Source: an uncultured Holophagales bacterium (GTDB lineage Bacteria > Acidobacteriota > Thermoanaerobaculia > Multivoradales > UBA5704). From it: DNA of 64,000 nucleotides. The notes below the pieces were generated by a model, which did no database searches, was not told the origin of the DNA, and saw only the letters and a program-made list of their open reading frames with translations. Below are positions 22,531 through 31,867 of this stretch, in pieces; within the stretch, counting starts at the first letter, position 1, and each line of letters starts with the position of its first letter. A program made the position numbers and the translations under genes. The stretch spans positions 640,001-704,000 of the forward strand of contig CAWJGT010000003.1 in the NCBI GenBank assembly GCA_963842525.1, written 5' to 3'.

Positions 22531-22778
22531 GGCCGCATCCCGGCGGCCTTCAGGTTTGGGCGGCCGAGTTGAAGGTCTGGAGGAATGGCCGTCCCGATCC
22601 TCTCTCGGAGGGTCTCAAGCAACTCACGGCCTACCTGGCTCATCTGGGCCTCGATTCCGGCGCTCTGATCCTCTTCGACGGCCGGCCCGCCACCCCACCC
22701 ATCCCGGAGCGCTGTGTGCGGACTGAGGTCGAGCACGAGGGCCGCAGGATCACCGTCCTGCGGCTGTAGGTGTGGGAT
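22531..22778 (+). repeat. 248-bp direct repeat, copy 2 (orphan 3' fragment of the ATPase gene)
   Basis: Encodes the same KVWRNGRPDPLSEG...RL peptide as 21388..21635. Confidence 0.92.
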
Positions 22779-23245
22779 AGCCGCGGGGCCGCGGACAAGC
22801 TCAAGGATGGCGATCGGAATGCGCGGTTCCCGCCAGGGAGCTTTCCGCTTCATCTGGCCTTTGTCAGCGATCAGCCGCCCCGTGATTTCATTCCCGTGCC
22901 TGCTGGGTAGCCGAACCGGCTGCCAATCAACTCTCAGAAGCTCTCTCCCTTCTCCTGCGTGGCGACAGAGTTGTGCCCAGCCTACAGCCAGTCGCCGTCA
23001 GATCCCCAAAGAGTGCGGGAAAAATCGCTCTGATCCTCCTCGGGTGCGTCCAAGAGGCTCGCTCAGGCCCCTCGGGAGGATGAATACAGGCTGGCCGCAG
23101 GCCCCGCGGGCCTCCCATACTCAAGGTTCCCCAAGAATCCCCAGGCACCTATGGGTGGAAAACGTTTTCCTTGCTAGCCCGATTCGAGGGCACAGGAATC
23201 AATGGGGGATCCCAAGTTATTGAGATCCCAAATAAAGCATTCAAT

Positions 23246-24385
23246 CTATCGATTTGGAATCTGCAAGCTAAACCGTTTACGCGTGCCGGGCTCGATCGCG
23301 CCGAGATGGATCGTGCGGATCTCGTTGTAGGGCGGAACTAGTCCTTCACCGCCGGGGCCTTCGTAGTGATAACGCAGTTGGAGATCTTGCGCCGCAGTTG
23401 CGGCAGGGAGGGCGAAGCCGTTTCCACGCAGTTCGTTCCAAGCCTTCGTGTTAAACAGTTGCGCACTACCTTCGCGCGAGCCGAAATAGCCGACGGGCTC
23501 ACCCGCCCAAAGCTCGAACTGCAGCGTGTACCATGCTTGCTCGTAGTCGCCGCTGAGATCGAAGGCGAGAAACGCGATGTCGGGGTGCGGATTCTCAACA
23601 AGCGAGAAATCCAGTTTGTATTCGCCGCCTCCCGCTATCGAAAAGATAAGCTGACTCGCCGACGGATAGCCGGCGTTGCCATCGTTCGCGTTCTTCCAGG
23701 CGTTGCAAATGACGATCTTGAGACGCGGATCCCCTTTGAATTCCCAGGTTGGAATGCGGCCGTCGCGATCGGTTTCGCGTGCGAGCATTTCGGCCAGTCG
23801 CAACTCGTACTCCCAATTCATCACCGCGCCGCAGAGCACCAATGCCCCTTGGAGCGACCCGCCATTGTCGTCCTTCACCTCGACGTCAATGCGCCATTCC
23901 TCAGCCGTGTCGAGCGGACCTTCGCCGCCGGGCGGGCGCGGGAGAACCACGGTCGTGGTGACCAGAGAACCTGCGAGCAATGCTGTGATGATCTTTAGCC
24001 AAGAGTTGATGGCCGACCAAGTGCCGCTCACCAGTGCCGCAACAAAGAGAGCGTTCAAGGCCCAGGCGGCCGGGGTGAATGCCAGCCAATGGTTTTCGAA
24101 AACGATGGTGCCGCCGAGGGCCGCCCACAGTGCGCTCAAGGACAGAAGGACAAGCGACACGCTCACCCGCTGCTGCTTGCGATAGAGTGCGGCGGCGAGG
24201 ATTGCAGTGACCGCGATGACGAGAATGACGGCGGCGCCTGCAGTGAGCGAGGCTGCGAAAACCGAGACGGCCGAACCCACGAAAAAGATCAGGAGTCCAA
24301 TACCCACGAAGAAAAGCAGCACGACGCCCGCGCCCTCATTGGGGTCGTGACCGATTTTGCCTTTGCTGCTATCCAAGTTTCGCAT
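23246..24385 (-). CDS. Hypothetical membrane protein (cassette 4)
   Basis: 379 aa, ~5 N-terminal TM helices; starts 28 bp after an attC R' site. Confidence 0.72.
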   Translation of the reverse strand: MRNLDSSKGKIGHDPNEGAGVVLLFFVGIGLLIFFVGSAVSVFAASLTAGAAVILVIAVTAILAAALYRKQQRVSVSLVLLSLSALWAALGGTIVFENHWLAFTPAAWALNALFVAALVSGTWSAINSWLKIITALLAGSLVTTTVVLPRPPGGEGPLDTAEEWRIDVEVKDDNGGSLQGALVLCGAVMNWEYELRLAEMLARETDRDGRIPTWEFKGDPRLKIVICNAWKNANDGNAGYPSASQLIFSIAGGGEYKLDFSLVENPHPDIAFLAFDLSGDYEQAWYTLQFELWAGEPVGYFGSREGSAQLFNTKAWNELRGNGFALPAATAAQDLQLRYHYEGPGGEGLVPPYNEIRTIHLGAIEPGTRKRFSLQIPNR

Positions 24386-24412
24386 GTGTTTGAGGTTGTC
24401 GATCGGCGCGAC

Positions 24413-24485
24413 GGCGAACGCTCAGTAGATGAGCGGCGGAACCGCGCTTTTGCGGTTTCCGTCCGCTCGACTGCTGGGGTTCGCC
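24413..24485 (-). mobile_element. Integron attC site (attC3)
   Basis: Minus strand GGCGAAC...GTTCGCC around a long imperfect palindrome. Confidence 0.8.
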
Positions 24486-24509
24486 GCTGCCATTCTCCAT
24501 TTAGGCCTG

Positions 24510-25154
24510 CTATAGCGTGGCCTTTGGTAAGTGCTTCTCCAAGGCCGCCTTTATCGAGCCCGTGATCTCCGCATACAGTCTATCTGCCTCAGAGTAGAAG
24601 GAAGCAAGTCGCTCGATCGAGGTATTATAGGTATGTTCATCCATGGTTTCCTGACCGAGGCTGAGCCTTTCTGGAGGTCGCGTGATCCGGTCGACCAAAA
24701 CGGAAGCATCCTGGAGTTTTCTCTTGAAACGATGGAGCATGTTGAACACAGACTCATCGACAAATGCGCGGTATTTATAAAGATTCTCCGTGAGAAGGTA
24801 GAGAGCAGGATCAAAGGCTTTAAGAGTATTGCGATTCCTCTCCTCCTTAAACCAGAGCAGCGTCTTCCATTCAGCGTGATCAAGGGGAAAAATCGCTAGA
24901 ACATCACGACACGCGTTGCGCAGGCGATAGACGATCTCTAAAATTTCCGGATAAATCGTATTCCGCCGTTCAAGTACTGCGAGAGCTTGGTGCTTCTCGA
25001 TCTCTATAGCCATCTTGGCCCTCTCCTCGATCTCCTTGAATCGCAGATCCATCTTCTTCGTGAGCCAAGTCTTGAGCCAATAGGCAACCCCACCCCCAAT
25101 AGTCGAAATCAAGGCGGCGTTAAGGAGTAAATCAGAAACGATAGAGATTGGCAA
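24510..25154 (-). CDS. Hypothetical protein (cassette 3), visibly AT-richer
   Basis: 214 aa, N-terminal TM plus helical domain, bounded by attC sites. Confidence 0.75.
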   Translation of the reverse strand: MPISIVSDLLLNAALISTIGGGVAYWLKTWLTKKMDLRFKEIEERAKMAIEIEKHQALAVLERRNTIYPEILEIVYRLRNACRDVLAIFPLDHAEWKTLLWFKEERNRNTLKAFDPALYLLTENLYKYRAFVDESVFNMLHRFKRKLQDASVLVDRITRPPERLSLGQETMDEHTYNTSIERLASFYSEADRLYAEITGSIKAALEKHLPKATL

Positions 25155-25194
25155 TAGTATTTCCCTTCGTGTCTTATCGGATCTGGCTGTGGAC

Positions 25195-25254
25195 GGCGAA
25201 CGTCTTGGGCGTTCACCGGGGGCGCAGCCATCCGGTGCAACGCCCGGGTTGGCC
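25195..25254 (-). mobile_element. Integron attC site (attC2)
   Basis: Minus strand GGCCAAC-CCGGGCGTTGCACCGG..CCGGTGAACGCCCAAGAC-GTTCGCC. Confidence 0.8.
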
Positions 25255-25439
25255 GCCGAATCGCCTTCGCTCGGAACCCGCCGCGCTGGCCACTTCGCCT
25301 TGCTCTGGCCCCCGAACGTCTTCGGTACAGTTCAATATGTACATGCGATCTTCGCCCTTGATGAACTAGAAAAATTGTACATCAGAAGCATGGGCAGGCA
25401 AAGAGCCAAGACGGAGATCGAGGCAACCAACGTGCCCCC

Positions 25440-25578
25440 ATCCCCATCGGGGCTCGCGCCCCTCGGCCGCGCCGTCGCCCCTACAGGGCTTGGAGAAATG
25501 GGGACGCTGCCTACCTGGGGTCGCCGCGCCCCCGGCGCTCTGACCCCAGGCTCTATGCCGACGCCCCTTCGGGGCTTT
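25440..25578. repeat. REP-like palindromic cluster inside cassette 2
   Basis: Hairpins GCCCCTACAGGGC, CCTGGGGTC..GACCCCAGG, GCCCCTTCGGGGC. Confidence 0.55.
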
Positions 25579-25815
25579 GCAGCGTGGCAGTTTGGTGCCG
25601 GAGCGCAGCGGAGGCGCCAATTTGCGTGTCTTTCTCAGTGGAAGGACCGCGGCAAGGGGCGCAGCCTCTTGCGGACCGCGCCGCAGCAGTTCCTCAAGCA
25701 AGCAAGATATGAGTCCATGCCGATCGCTATGACGGGTCCCCGGTCCCGAGAGACCGAGGGCCAGCCCTACGCTCCGCCGACCACGGTGGCGCCGAGCTAT
25801 TACTGCCAACGAGCT

Positions 25816-26072
25816 TCAGCCGGGGTGAGGAATGTCACTGAACTCTTGGAAGAGACGCGTTAGCGCCTCCGGACCATGAACACCAGTGGAGCTCACAAAA
25901 ACCTCAACCTCGATCGAACCGTCTGACAAGAATTCGACCTCCCATCGCTCACCGGGCACGGCGATCAGCACCATAATGGCTTCGTCACGATTGTGCGCAA
26001 GCGAGTAGGAGATTTTTGGGCCTGATTGAGCTGTCCCAGAAACTCAAGAAGGTCGGGTATGAGTGGGCTCAC
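25816..26072 (-). CDS. ~85-aa hypothetical protein (cassette 2), one frameshift, absent from ORF track
   Basis: MSPLIPDLLEFLGQLNQA/KISYSLAHNRDEAIMVLIAVPGERWEVEFLSDGSIEVEVFVSSTGVHGPEALTRLFQEFSDIPHPG; AAGGA RBS. Confidence 0.65.
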
Positions 26073-26107
26073 CGCGTCATCCTTAGCACTCTATGCGAAC
26101 ATCCGAC

Positions 26108-26169
26108 GGCCAACACGGTCTTGCTGCTGAGCGGCGGCGTAGCCGTCCGCTCCGGCAGCGTTGTTAGAT
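26108..26169 (-). mobile_element. Integron attC site (attC1)
   Basis: Minus strand ATCTAAC (contains the TAA stop of the upstream gene)...GAGCGGACGGCTACGCCGCCGCTC...GTTGGCC. Confidence 0.85.
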
Positions 26170-26766
26170 GCCTTGCAGCTGCAATTCACTCCACGCTTCC
26201 TCCAGCACTTCCTTGGGATCAGTCCCTCGCTCAATCTCCTTCACGAACAATAGACTAACGAAGTCGATGTCTGGACTTTCTCCCATCTGGACTTTGTAGG
26301 AATACGGCAAGACGTAGAGACCGTACCTAATCCTCCGGTCGCCTCTGATTGTGTGCACAGCGCCAATGACGACCGGGAGGAAATTTTTACCACTTCGTGT
26401 CTCCACAAGTGGAAATCTTCGCGCAATATAAGTTACGATTCGATTCTCGGCCTTTGAGAGATCGATATTATAGGGAAACTCTACAACCTCCGGCTCCAAG
26501 TCGAGAGAGTCTGGCCAAAGAATTTTCAGCTGCTGGAGTGCCGCATCGGATGGGTTTTGAACGCTCAGGCGAAGCAGGTTTGAGTTATTCTCAAGGCTCG
26601 CCGAGAGAATAAGCCGCTTATCAGCTTCAAGCCTTGCTTCGGCCAATTCATCGGCCGTCTTGACTCTTCGGTAGTTCAGAATCCCCACCGCGAGTGCGGC
26701 GGCCGTCACTAATAAACCGACCAGTGCTATCCAATTCTTACGGCCTCTCTCTTGACCGTTTGTCAT
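26164..26766 (-). CDS. Hypothetical protein with N-terminal TM (cassette 1)
   Basis: 200 aa, AT-richer; stop codon inside attC R''; preceded by GTTAGAT. Confidence 0.75.
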   Translation of the reverse strand: MTNGQERGRKNWIALVGLLVTAAALAVGILNYRRVKTADELAEARLEADKRLILSASLENNSNLLRLSVQNPSDAALQQLKILWPDSLDLEPEVVEFPYNIDLSKAENRIVTYIARRFPLVETRSGKNFLPVVIGAVHTIRGDRRIRYGLYVLPYSYKVQMGESPDIDFVSLLFVKEIERGTDPKEVLEEAWSELQLQGI

Positions 26767-26787
26767 GTGCCTGTTCTTTAGTGTGGT

Positions 26788-26820
26788 ATCTAACCTCTGC
26801 CTCACATATTCGGCGGCACC
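26788..26820 (-). mobile_element. Putative attI site
   Basis: GTTAGAT complementary to R'' ATCTAAC of attC1, with no attC palindrome upstream. Confidence 0.55.
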
Positions 26821-26918
26821 CCGCCCGCAGGCCAATACGACACAACCTGCGGGTTGACTCCACGGTTGGTCCCAGGGTGTCGAGCGTGCAGGGTGCTTAT
26901 CCTCTTCGACTTAAGCGC

Positions 26919-26947
26919 ACTCTACACCACTTCCTAACCTGCGTCAA
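26919..26947 (-). promoter_or_regulatory. Putative cassette promoter Pc
   Basis: TTGACG-N17-TAGAGT pointing into the array. Confidence 0.6.
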
Positions 26948-27139
26948 GGCCGCCGAGGCACTTGGAGAAGCATTCTGGTCGGCCCTGCGCCTCGAAAGTC
27001 GCAACTACGTCATGCTCGACGAGCGAAGGAGGTTGGGACGATCGGGTCCTGAGCACCGCGGACGACGTCCGCCGATCTCGTCACTCACGTTGAGGGCGAC
27101 GCTGCCCGCGGCATCTTTTTTCGTCTTTCGGCGTGGCGG

Positions 27140-27736
27140 CGAAGCGTCCAGGAGGAACTCTCGAAGGGCTCGGAGAGGATTTGGCGGGCTTCCGGACGGT
27201 TCTCCAGAGCTTCCGGACGGTTCTGGGGGGGCTTCGGAAAAATTCTGGAGCACTCCAAAATTTTTTCCCAGTACTTCGGATCGGATCCGAAGCCTTCCAG
27301 AAAATTTCTGGACTACCTCGAAAGAGTTCTGGAGTACTTCCGAGGAATTCTGGAGCACTTCAAAAACTTTTTCCAGTACTTCGGATCGGATCCGAAGCCC
27401 TTCAGAAGATTTCCGGAGTACCTCGAAAAAGTTCTGAAGTACTTCCGAGGAATTCTGGAGTACTTCAAAAATTTTTCCAGTACTTCGGATCGGATCCGAA
27501 GTACTTCAGAAGATTTCCGGAGTACCTCGAAAAAGTTCTGGAGTACTTCCGAGGAATTCTGAAGTACTCCAAAAATTTTTCTCAGTACTTCGGATCGAAT
27601 CCGAAGCCTTCCAGAAAACTTCCGGAGTACCTCGAAAAAGTTCTGAAGTACTTCGGAAAGATTCCGGAGCACTCCAAATTTTTTCCGGTGCTTCGGATCG
27701 GCTGCGAAGCGTTCCGGCTCGCACCGGAAGCCCTTC
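27140..27736. repeat. Array of ~28 palindromic 21-bp repeats with a 105-bp (5x21) higher-order period
   Basis: Units AGTACTTCGGATCGGATCCGA, AGCCTTCCAGAAAATTTCTGG, ACTACCTCGAAAGAGTTCTGG, AGTACTTCCGAGGAATTCTGG, AGCACTTCAAAAACTTTTTCC cycle about four times. Confidence 0.92.
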
Positions 27737-27765
27737 GCCCTCCTTGCCTGTCTTTGGGCGGGGAC

Positions 27766-27797
27766 GAAGAAAGGGGGCGCGCGGTCCGCGCGCCCCC
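27766..27797 (-). terminator. Hairpin, likely intrinsic terminator, after the small helical gene
   Basis: GGGGGCGCGCGG-TC-CGCGCGCCCCC stem followed by TTTCTT on the minus strand. Confidence 0.7.
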
Positions 27798-27816
27798 TGG
27801 AGTGGAGCGGCTACGA

Positions 27817-28203
27817 TTACTCAGTCGGCGGGGGAGCGGGCGATTCCGGGTCCGGCTCCTCGGGCGGCGGCGCCACCGGCCGGGGACGGCCGCGGAACGG
27901 CTTCAGCCCGAACTGGACCAGCTTTTCGCTGCGGGTGCCGAAACGCTCGCGCGCCCCCTTCCGCAGGAAGGCCGCCAGGGCGTCTCCCTCCCGAAGCGCC
28001 TGCTGCAGCTTCTGCCCGACGTCCTGCTTGGTCGCGGTCAGGGCGCTGAACTCGGCGCTCAGGCTGTTCGCCTGCCGGAGCAGGTTCTCGAGCCGGGAGC
28101 CGGGCTCTGCCAGGTACGGGAGCTCGGCCGCGTGCGAAGCCAGGGCTGCCAGGGCCTGTGCCCAGCCGTTGAGGGTGTTCAGGTACTCAGGGATCTTGGC
28201 CAT
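27817..28203 (-). CDS. 128-aa helical hypothetical protein, paralog of 62640..63028
   Basis: Purine-rich RBS; ELPYL, LTATKQ, REG..L.AFL, GTRSEKLVQFGLKPFR, Pro-rich tail. Confidence 0.85.
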   Translation of the reverse strand: MAKIPEYLNTLNGWAQALAALASHAAELPYLAEPGSRLENLLRQANSLSAEFSALTATKQDVGQKLQQALREGDALAAFLRKGARERFGTRSEKLVQFGLKPFRGRPRPVAPPPEEPDPESPAPPPTE

Positions 28204-28267
28204 ACTGCTTTCCTTTCTCTCCTTCCGGAGATATCTCGGCGCCGGAATTGGCGCCGTGAATGTACAT

Positions 28268-28296
28268 ACGGTAGAGGGCTCTCGTCCGTTTGTCAA
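28268..28296 (-). promoter_or_regulatory. sigma70-like promoter for the helical protein gene
   Basis: TTGACA-N17-TACCGT. Confidence 0.55.
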
Positions 28297-28451
28297 GAGC
28301 CATACGGACAAGAAGCCGGCATACTGTCTATAATATTCACAACTAAGAAGGGAGGTGCCCGCTGCGGTCAAGGAGCACTACGGCGCCGCGCGGCATCTCC
28401 CGCGGGTTCAGCTCCGGCAAACCGCCGAGGAGAGTATGATCCCCAGGCGAA

Positions 28452-29735
28452 ATGTCGCGCGACTTCTTCTTCCAGAGCATGCTGGACCGGTTCCGCCGCC
28501 GCCGCGTCGATCGCCGCGCCGTGCAGGAATTCAGCCGGTCCCTGGCCCTGATCGTCGACCGGGAGGCTCTGGAGGCCAGCCTTGCGGCCCGCATCCGCGA
28601 GCTCTTCGATCCGGACCGGCTGATCGTGCTCGAGCCCGATGCGGAGTCCGCGTTTCGCCCCACCCTGTCCTTCGGCCTCGAAGAGTCCGATCTGGAGAGC
28701 GCCGGCATCCCGGGCCGCGGGAAGCTCGCGCGCTGGCTGACCGTGAACGAGACCTCTTTCGTGCTCGACCGCCAGCCGGGGGTCCTCGAATTCCTCGACC
28801 CCGCGGAAAAGGACCTGTTCCGGACGCTACGCCTGCATGTGGCGGTCCCCATGATTTCCCTCAATCGCCTGACCGGCATCCTCCTGCTCGGTTTCGACCG
28901 GTCGCTGCGCAGCCTCGGCCGCGGCGACCTGGAGCTGCTGGGCCTCCTGGCGCGGCAGGCGAGCCTCGCCTTCGAGAACACCGCGCTCTACCGCGAGCAG
29001 CGCAAGCGCCTCGACCGTCTGCACCGCGCCGAGCGCCTGGCCGCGGTGGGGCAGCTCGCGGCCGGGGTGGCGCACGAGATCCGCAACCCGCTGACCGCCA
29101 TCCGCTCGACCATGCAGTACCTGCTGCAGGGGCTCGATACCTCCGAGCCGAAGCACCAATTGGTTGAGGAGCTGTTGAGCGAGGTGGACCGGATCAACAG
29201 TACCGTGGGGGGCCTGCTGAGCCTGAGCCGGACCGGCGAGCTGCGGCCGGTGGAGGTCGACCTCCTGGATCCGCTGGCCCGGGCGGTCCAGCTCCTGCGT
29301 GCCCGGGCCGGAGAGCAGGGCGTGGAGATCGCCGCCAGCCTGCCGCCGGAGCCGGTTCCAGTCCTGGGCGATGCCGGCCAGCTCAAGCAGGTGTTCCTCA
29401 ACCTGCTGTTGAACGCGGTCCAGTCCATGCCCGGCGGCGGGCAGGTGCGGGTGACGGTGGCGCCTGGCCCCCCCCGGCCCGGTACCCATCGGGAGGAATG
29501 GGCCCACGTGCGGGTCTCGGACTCCGGTCCCGGCATCCCACCTGACAAGCTCCGCCGGGTGTTCGATCCGTTCTACACCACCAAGAGCGACGGCACCGGC
29601 CTGGGGCTGGCGATCTGCCACGGCATCGTGGAGCAGCACCAGGGAGAGATCGAGGTGGAGAGCGAGGAGGGCTGCGGCACCACCGTGTCGGTCCGGCTCC
29701 CTCTCGCGGGGAGGCAACCATGGCCAGCATCCTGA
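28452..29735 (+). CDS. GAF sensor histidine kinase (NtrB-like)
   Basis: GAF region, AHEIRNPL, NLLLNA, DSGPG, GTGLGL. Confidence 0.92.
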   Translation: MSRDFFFQSMLDRFRRRRVDRRAVQEFSRSLALIVDREALEASLAARIRELFDPDRLIVLEPDAESAFRPTLSFGLEESDLESAGIPGRGKLARWLTVNETSFVLDRQPGVLEFLDPAEKDLFRTLRLHVAVPMISLNRLTGILLLGFDRSLRSLGRGDLELLGLLARQASLAFENTALYREQRKRLDRLHRAERLAAVGQLAAGVAHEIRNPLTAIRSTMQYLLQGLDTSEPKHQLVEELLSEVDRINSTVGGLLSLSRTGELRPVEVDLLDPLARAVQLLRARAGEQGVEIAASLPPEPVPVLGDAGQLKQVFLNLLLNAVQSMPGGGQVRVTVAPGPPRPGTHREEWAHVRVSDSGPGIPPDKLRRVFDPFYTTKSDGTGLGLAICHGIVEQHQGEIEVESEEGCGTTVSVRLPLAGRQPWPAS

Positions 29736-31126
29736 TCGTCGACGACGAGAAGCCGATCCGGCGCATCCTCTCTCTGTTGCTCCAGGACCGCCGGCACCGT
29801 GCCACCGAGGTCGGCTCCGGAGAGGAGGCGATCGCCGCGGTGCCGGAAGCCAAGCCGGACCTCGTCCTGCTCGACCTCCGGCTCCCCGGCATGGACGGCC
29901 TCGAGACCCTGTCGCAGGCTGCGCGCCCTTTCGCCGCGTACCGACGTGATCATGATGACCGCGCACGGCACCATCTCCTCGGCCGTCGAGGCCATGCGCC
30001 GCGGTGCCTTCGACTACGTGGCCAAGCCGTTCGACAACGACGAGCTGCTGATGGTCGTCGACCGCGCGCTCCAGGTGCGCAGCCTGAGCTCGGAGGTGGA
30101 GTCGCTGCGCGGCGAGCTGGAGAGCCGCTACGGCTTCACCGAGATCGTGGGCCTCGAGCCGCGAGCTGCAGGAGGTCTTCCGGATGATGGCCAAGGTCGT
30201 CCGGGTCGACGTCACGGTGCTGATCACCGGCGAGTCGGGCACCGGCAAGGAGCTCGTGGCGCGGGCCATCCACCGCCGCAGCGCCCGCGCGGAGGGGCCG
30301 TTCGTGGCGGTCAACTGCAGCGCCATCCCCCAGACGCTGGTCGAGTCCGAGTTCTTCGGCCATGAGAAGGGGGCGTTCACCGATGCCCGCGAGAGCCGGC
30401 CGGGCCGCTTCGAGCAGGCCGACGGCGGCACCCTGTTCCTGGACGAGGTGGGCGACCTCGCCCTCGACGCCCAGGCGAAGCTCCTGCGGGCCCTCCAGGA
30501 GAGGCAGGTGCAGCGCATCGGCTCCCGCTCGGCCCGTCCGGTGGACGTGCGCGTCATCGCGGCCACCAACAAGGACCTGGCGCGCGAGGTGCGCGAAGGC
30601 CGTTTCCGCGAGGACCTCTACTGGCGCCTGAACGTGGTCCAGATCCGCCTGCCGGCCCTGCGCGAGCGCCGCGACGACCTGCCGGTCCTCCTCGATTTTT
30701 TCGTCGACCGGTTCAACCGCGAGCTCGGCCTCGCCGTCCAGTCCATCGCTCCGGATGCGCGCCGGCTCCTCTGCGACTACGACTGGCCGGGCAACGTGCG
30801 GGAGCTGGAGAACACCGTCTGCCGCGCCATGATCCTCTGCGAGGGGGATACGCTGACCGTCTCCGACCTGCCCGGGTCGGGTGCGGGGGGAGAGCGACGG
30901 CTTCGATGCCTCCCTCGGGTCCGATCTCGTCCGGCTCACCCTGACCGAGGCGGTAGCGCAGGCTTCGGAACGCCTGGAGAAGGTCATGATCCTCTCGCGC
31001 CTCGCCGAGCACCGGGGCAACCGCACGGCCACGGCGGAGAGCCTCGGCGTGAGCCGCAAGACCCTGTTCAACAAGATGCGCCAGTACGGCATGACCGGCG
31101 AGGAGGCCGAGGACGCGGTGGGTTGA
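29720..31126 (+). CDS. sigma54-dependent response regulator (NtrC/AtoC/ZraR-like), frameshifted
   Basis: [34 protein letters not shown], Fis-type HTH. Confidence 0.92.
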
Positions 31127-31867
31127 GGTTTCGAGCCCGGAGCCGCCACGCGGCCGCGGGTGTCCGCTCAGATAGTCGAGATAGAGCTTCTCCAGGCTCT
31201 CGTAGCGCAGCTCCTCGCGGGTCCGGGTGAGCACCTGGCGGCCCTCTTGCAGGATGCCTACCCGGTCGGCGAGCTGCCGCGCCCAGAACAGGTCTTGCGA
31301 GGGTGATCAGCAGCGCCTGGCCGGAGTCGCGGAGGGATTCGAGCAGCTCCACCACCTCGGCCGCCGTCTTGGGGTCGATGCCCGGCGAGCGGCTCGTCGA
31401 GGAGCAGGGCCGGAGCCTCCTTGACCAGCGCCGCGGCGATCCCCAGCTTGCGGACCATCCCGGGAGGGAAGCCGGACACCCGCTGCCGAAGCCGCCTCCG
31501 GGAGCCCCACCTCGCGCAGCGCCATCTCGCAGTCGGCCCGCGCCCGGTCCGGCCTGCCGCCAGGCGCGGCGAAGAACTCCAGGTTCTGGAGCGCCGTCAG
31601 GCGGCCGTAGAAGGCCATGCCGGCGGCCAGGTAGGCGGCCCGCGCTTTGGCTCGCAGCGGGCTCCCGAGCCACGTCGATCCCGTCGATCAGCGCCCGGCC
31701 GGCGGTCGGCTGGGTGAAGCCGAGGAAGAGGTTGATCACCGTGGTCTTGCCGGCGCCCGCGCGCCGAGGAGGCAGTAGATCTCGCCCGGCTCGACCCGGA
31801 GGTTCAGGGCGTCGAGGGCCAGCGTGCCGTTCGGGTAGCGCTTGCTCAGGTGGATCGCTTCGATCAT
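31127..31867 (-). CDS. ABC transporter ATP-binding protein, frameshifted, 3' end approximate
   Basis: GAGKTT, LLLDEP, GIDP. Confidence 0.8.

Noticed and set aside
22800-23245. Fourth attC after cassette 4
   Set aside because: No R'' complementary to GTTCGCC and no convincing attC palindrome found
26950-27140. Integron integrase upstream of the putative attI
   Set aside because: No tyrosine-recombinase motifs recognised in any frame
27140-27736. CRISPR array
   Set aside because: Contiguous 21-bp units with no unique spacers; units recur cyclically; no cas genes in the window
27133-28551. 472-aa plus-strand ORF
   Set aside because: Runs through the repeat array and antisense to the better-supported minus-strand gene
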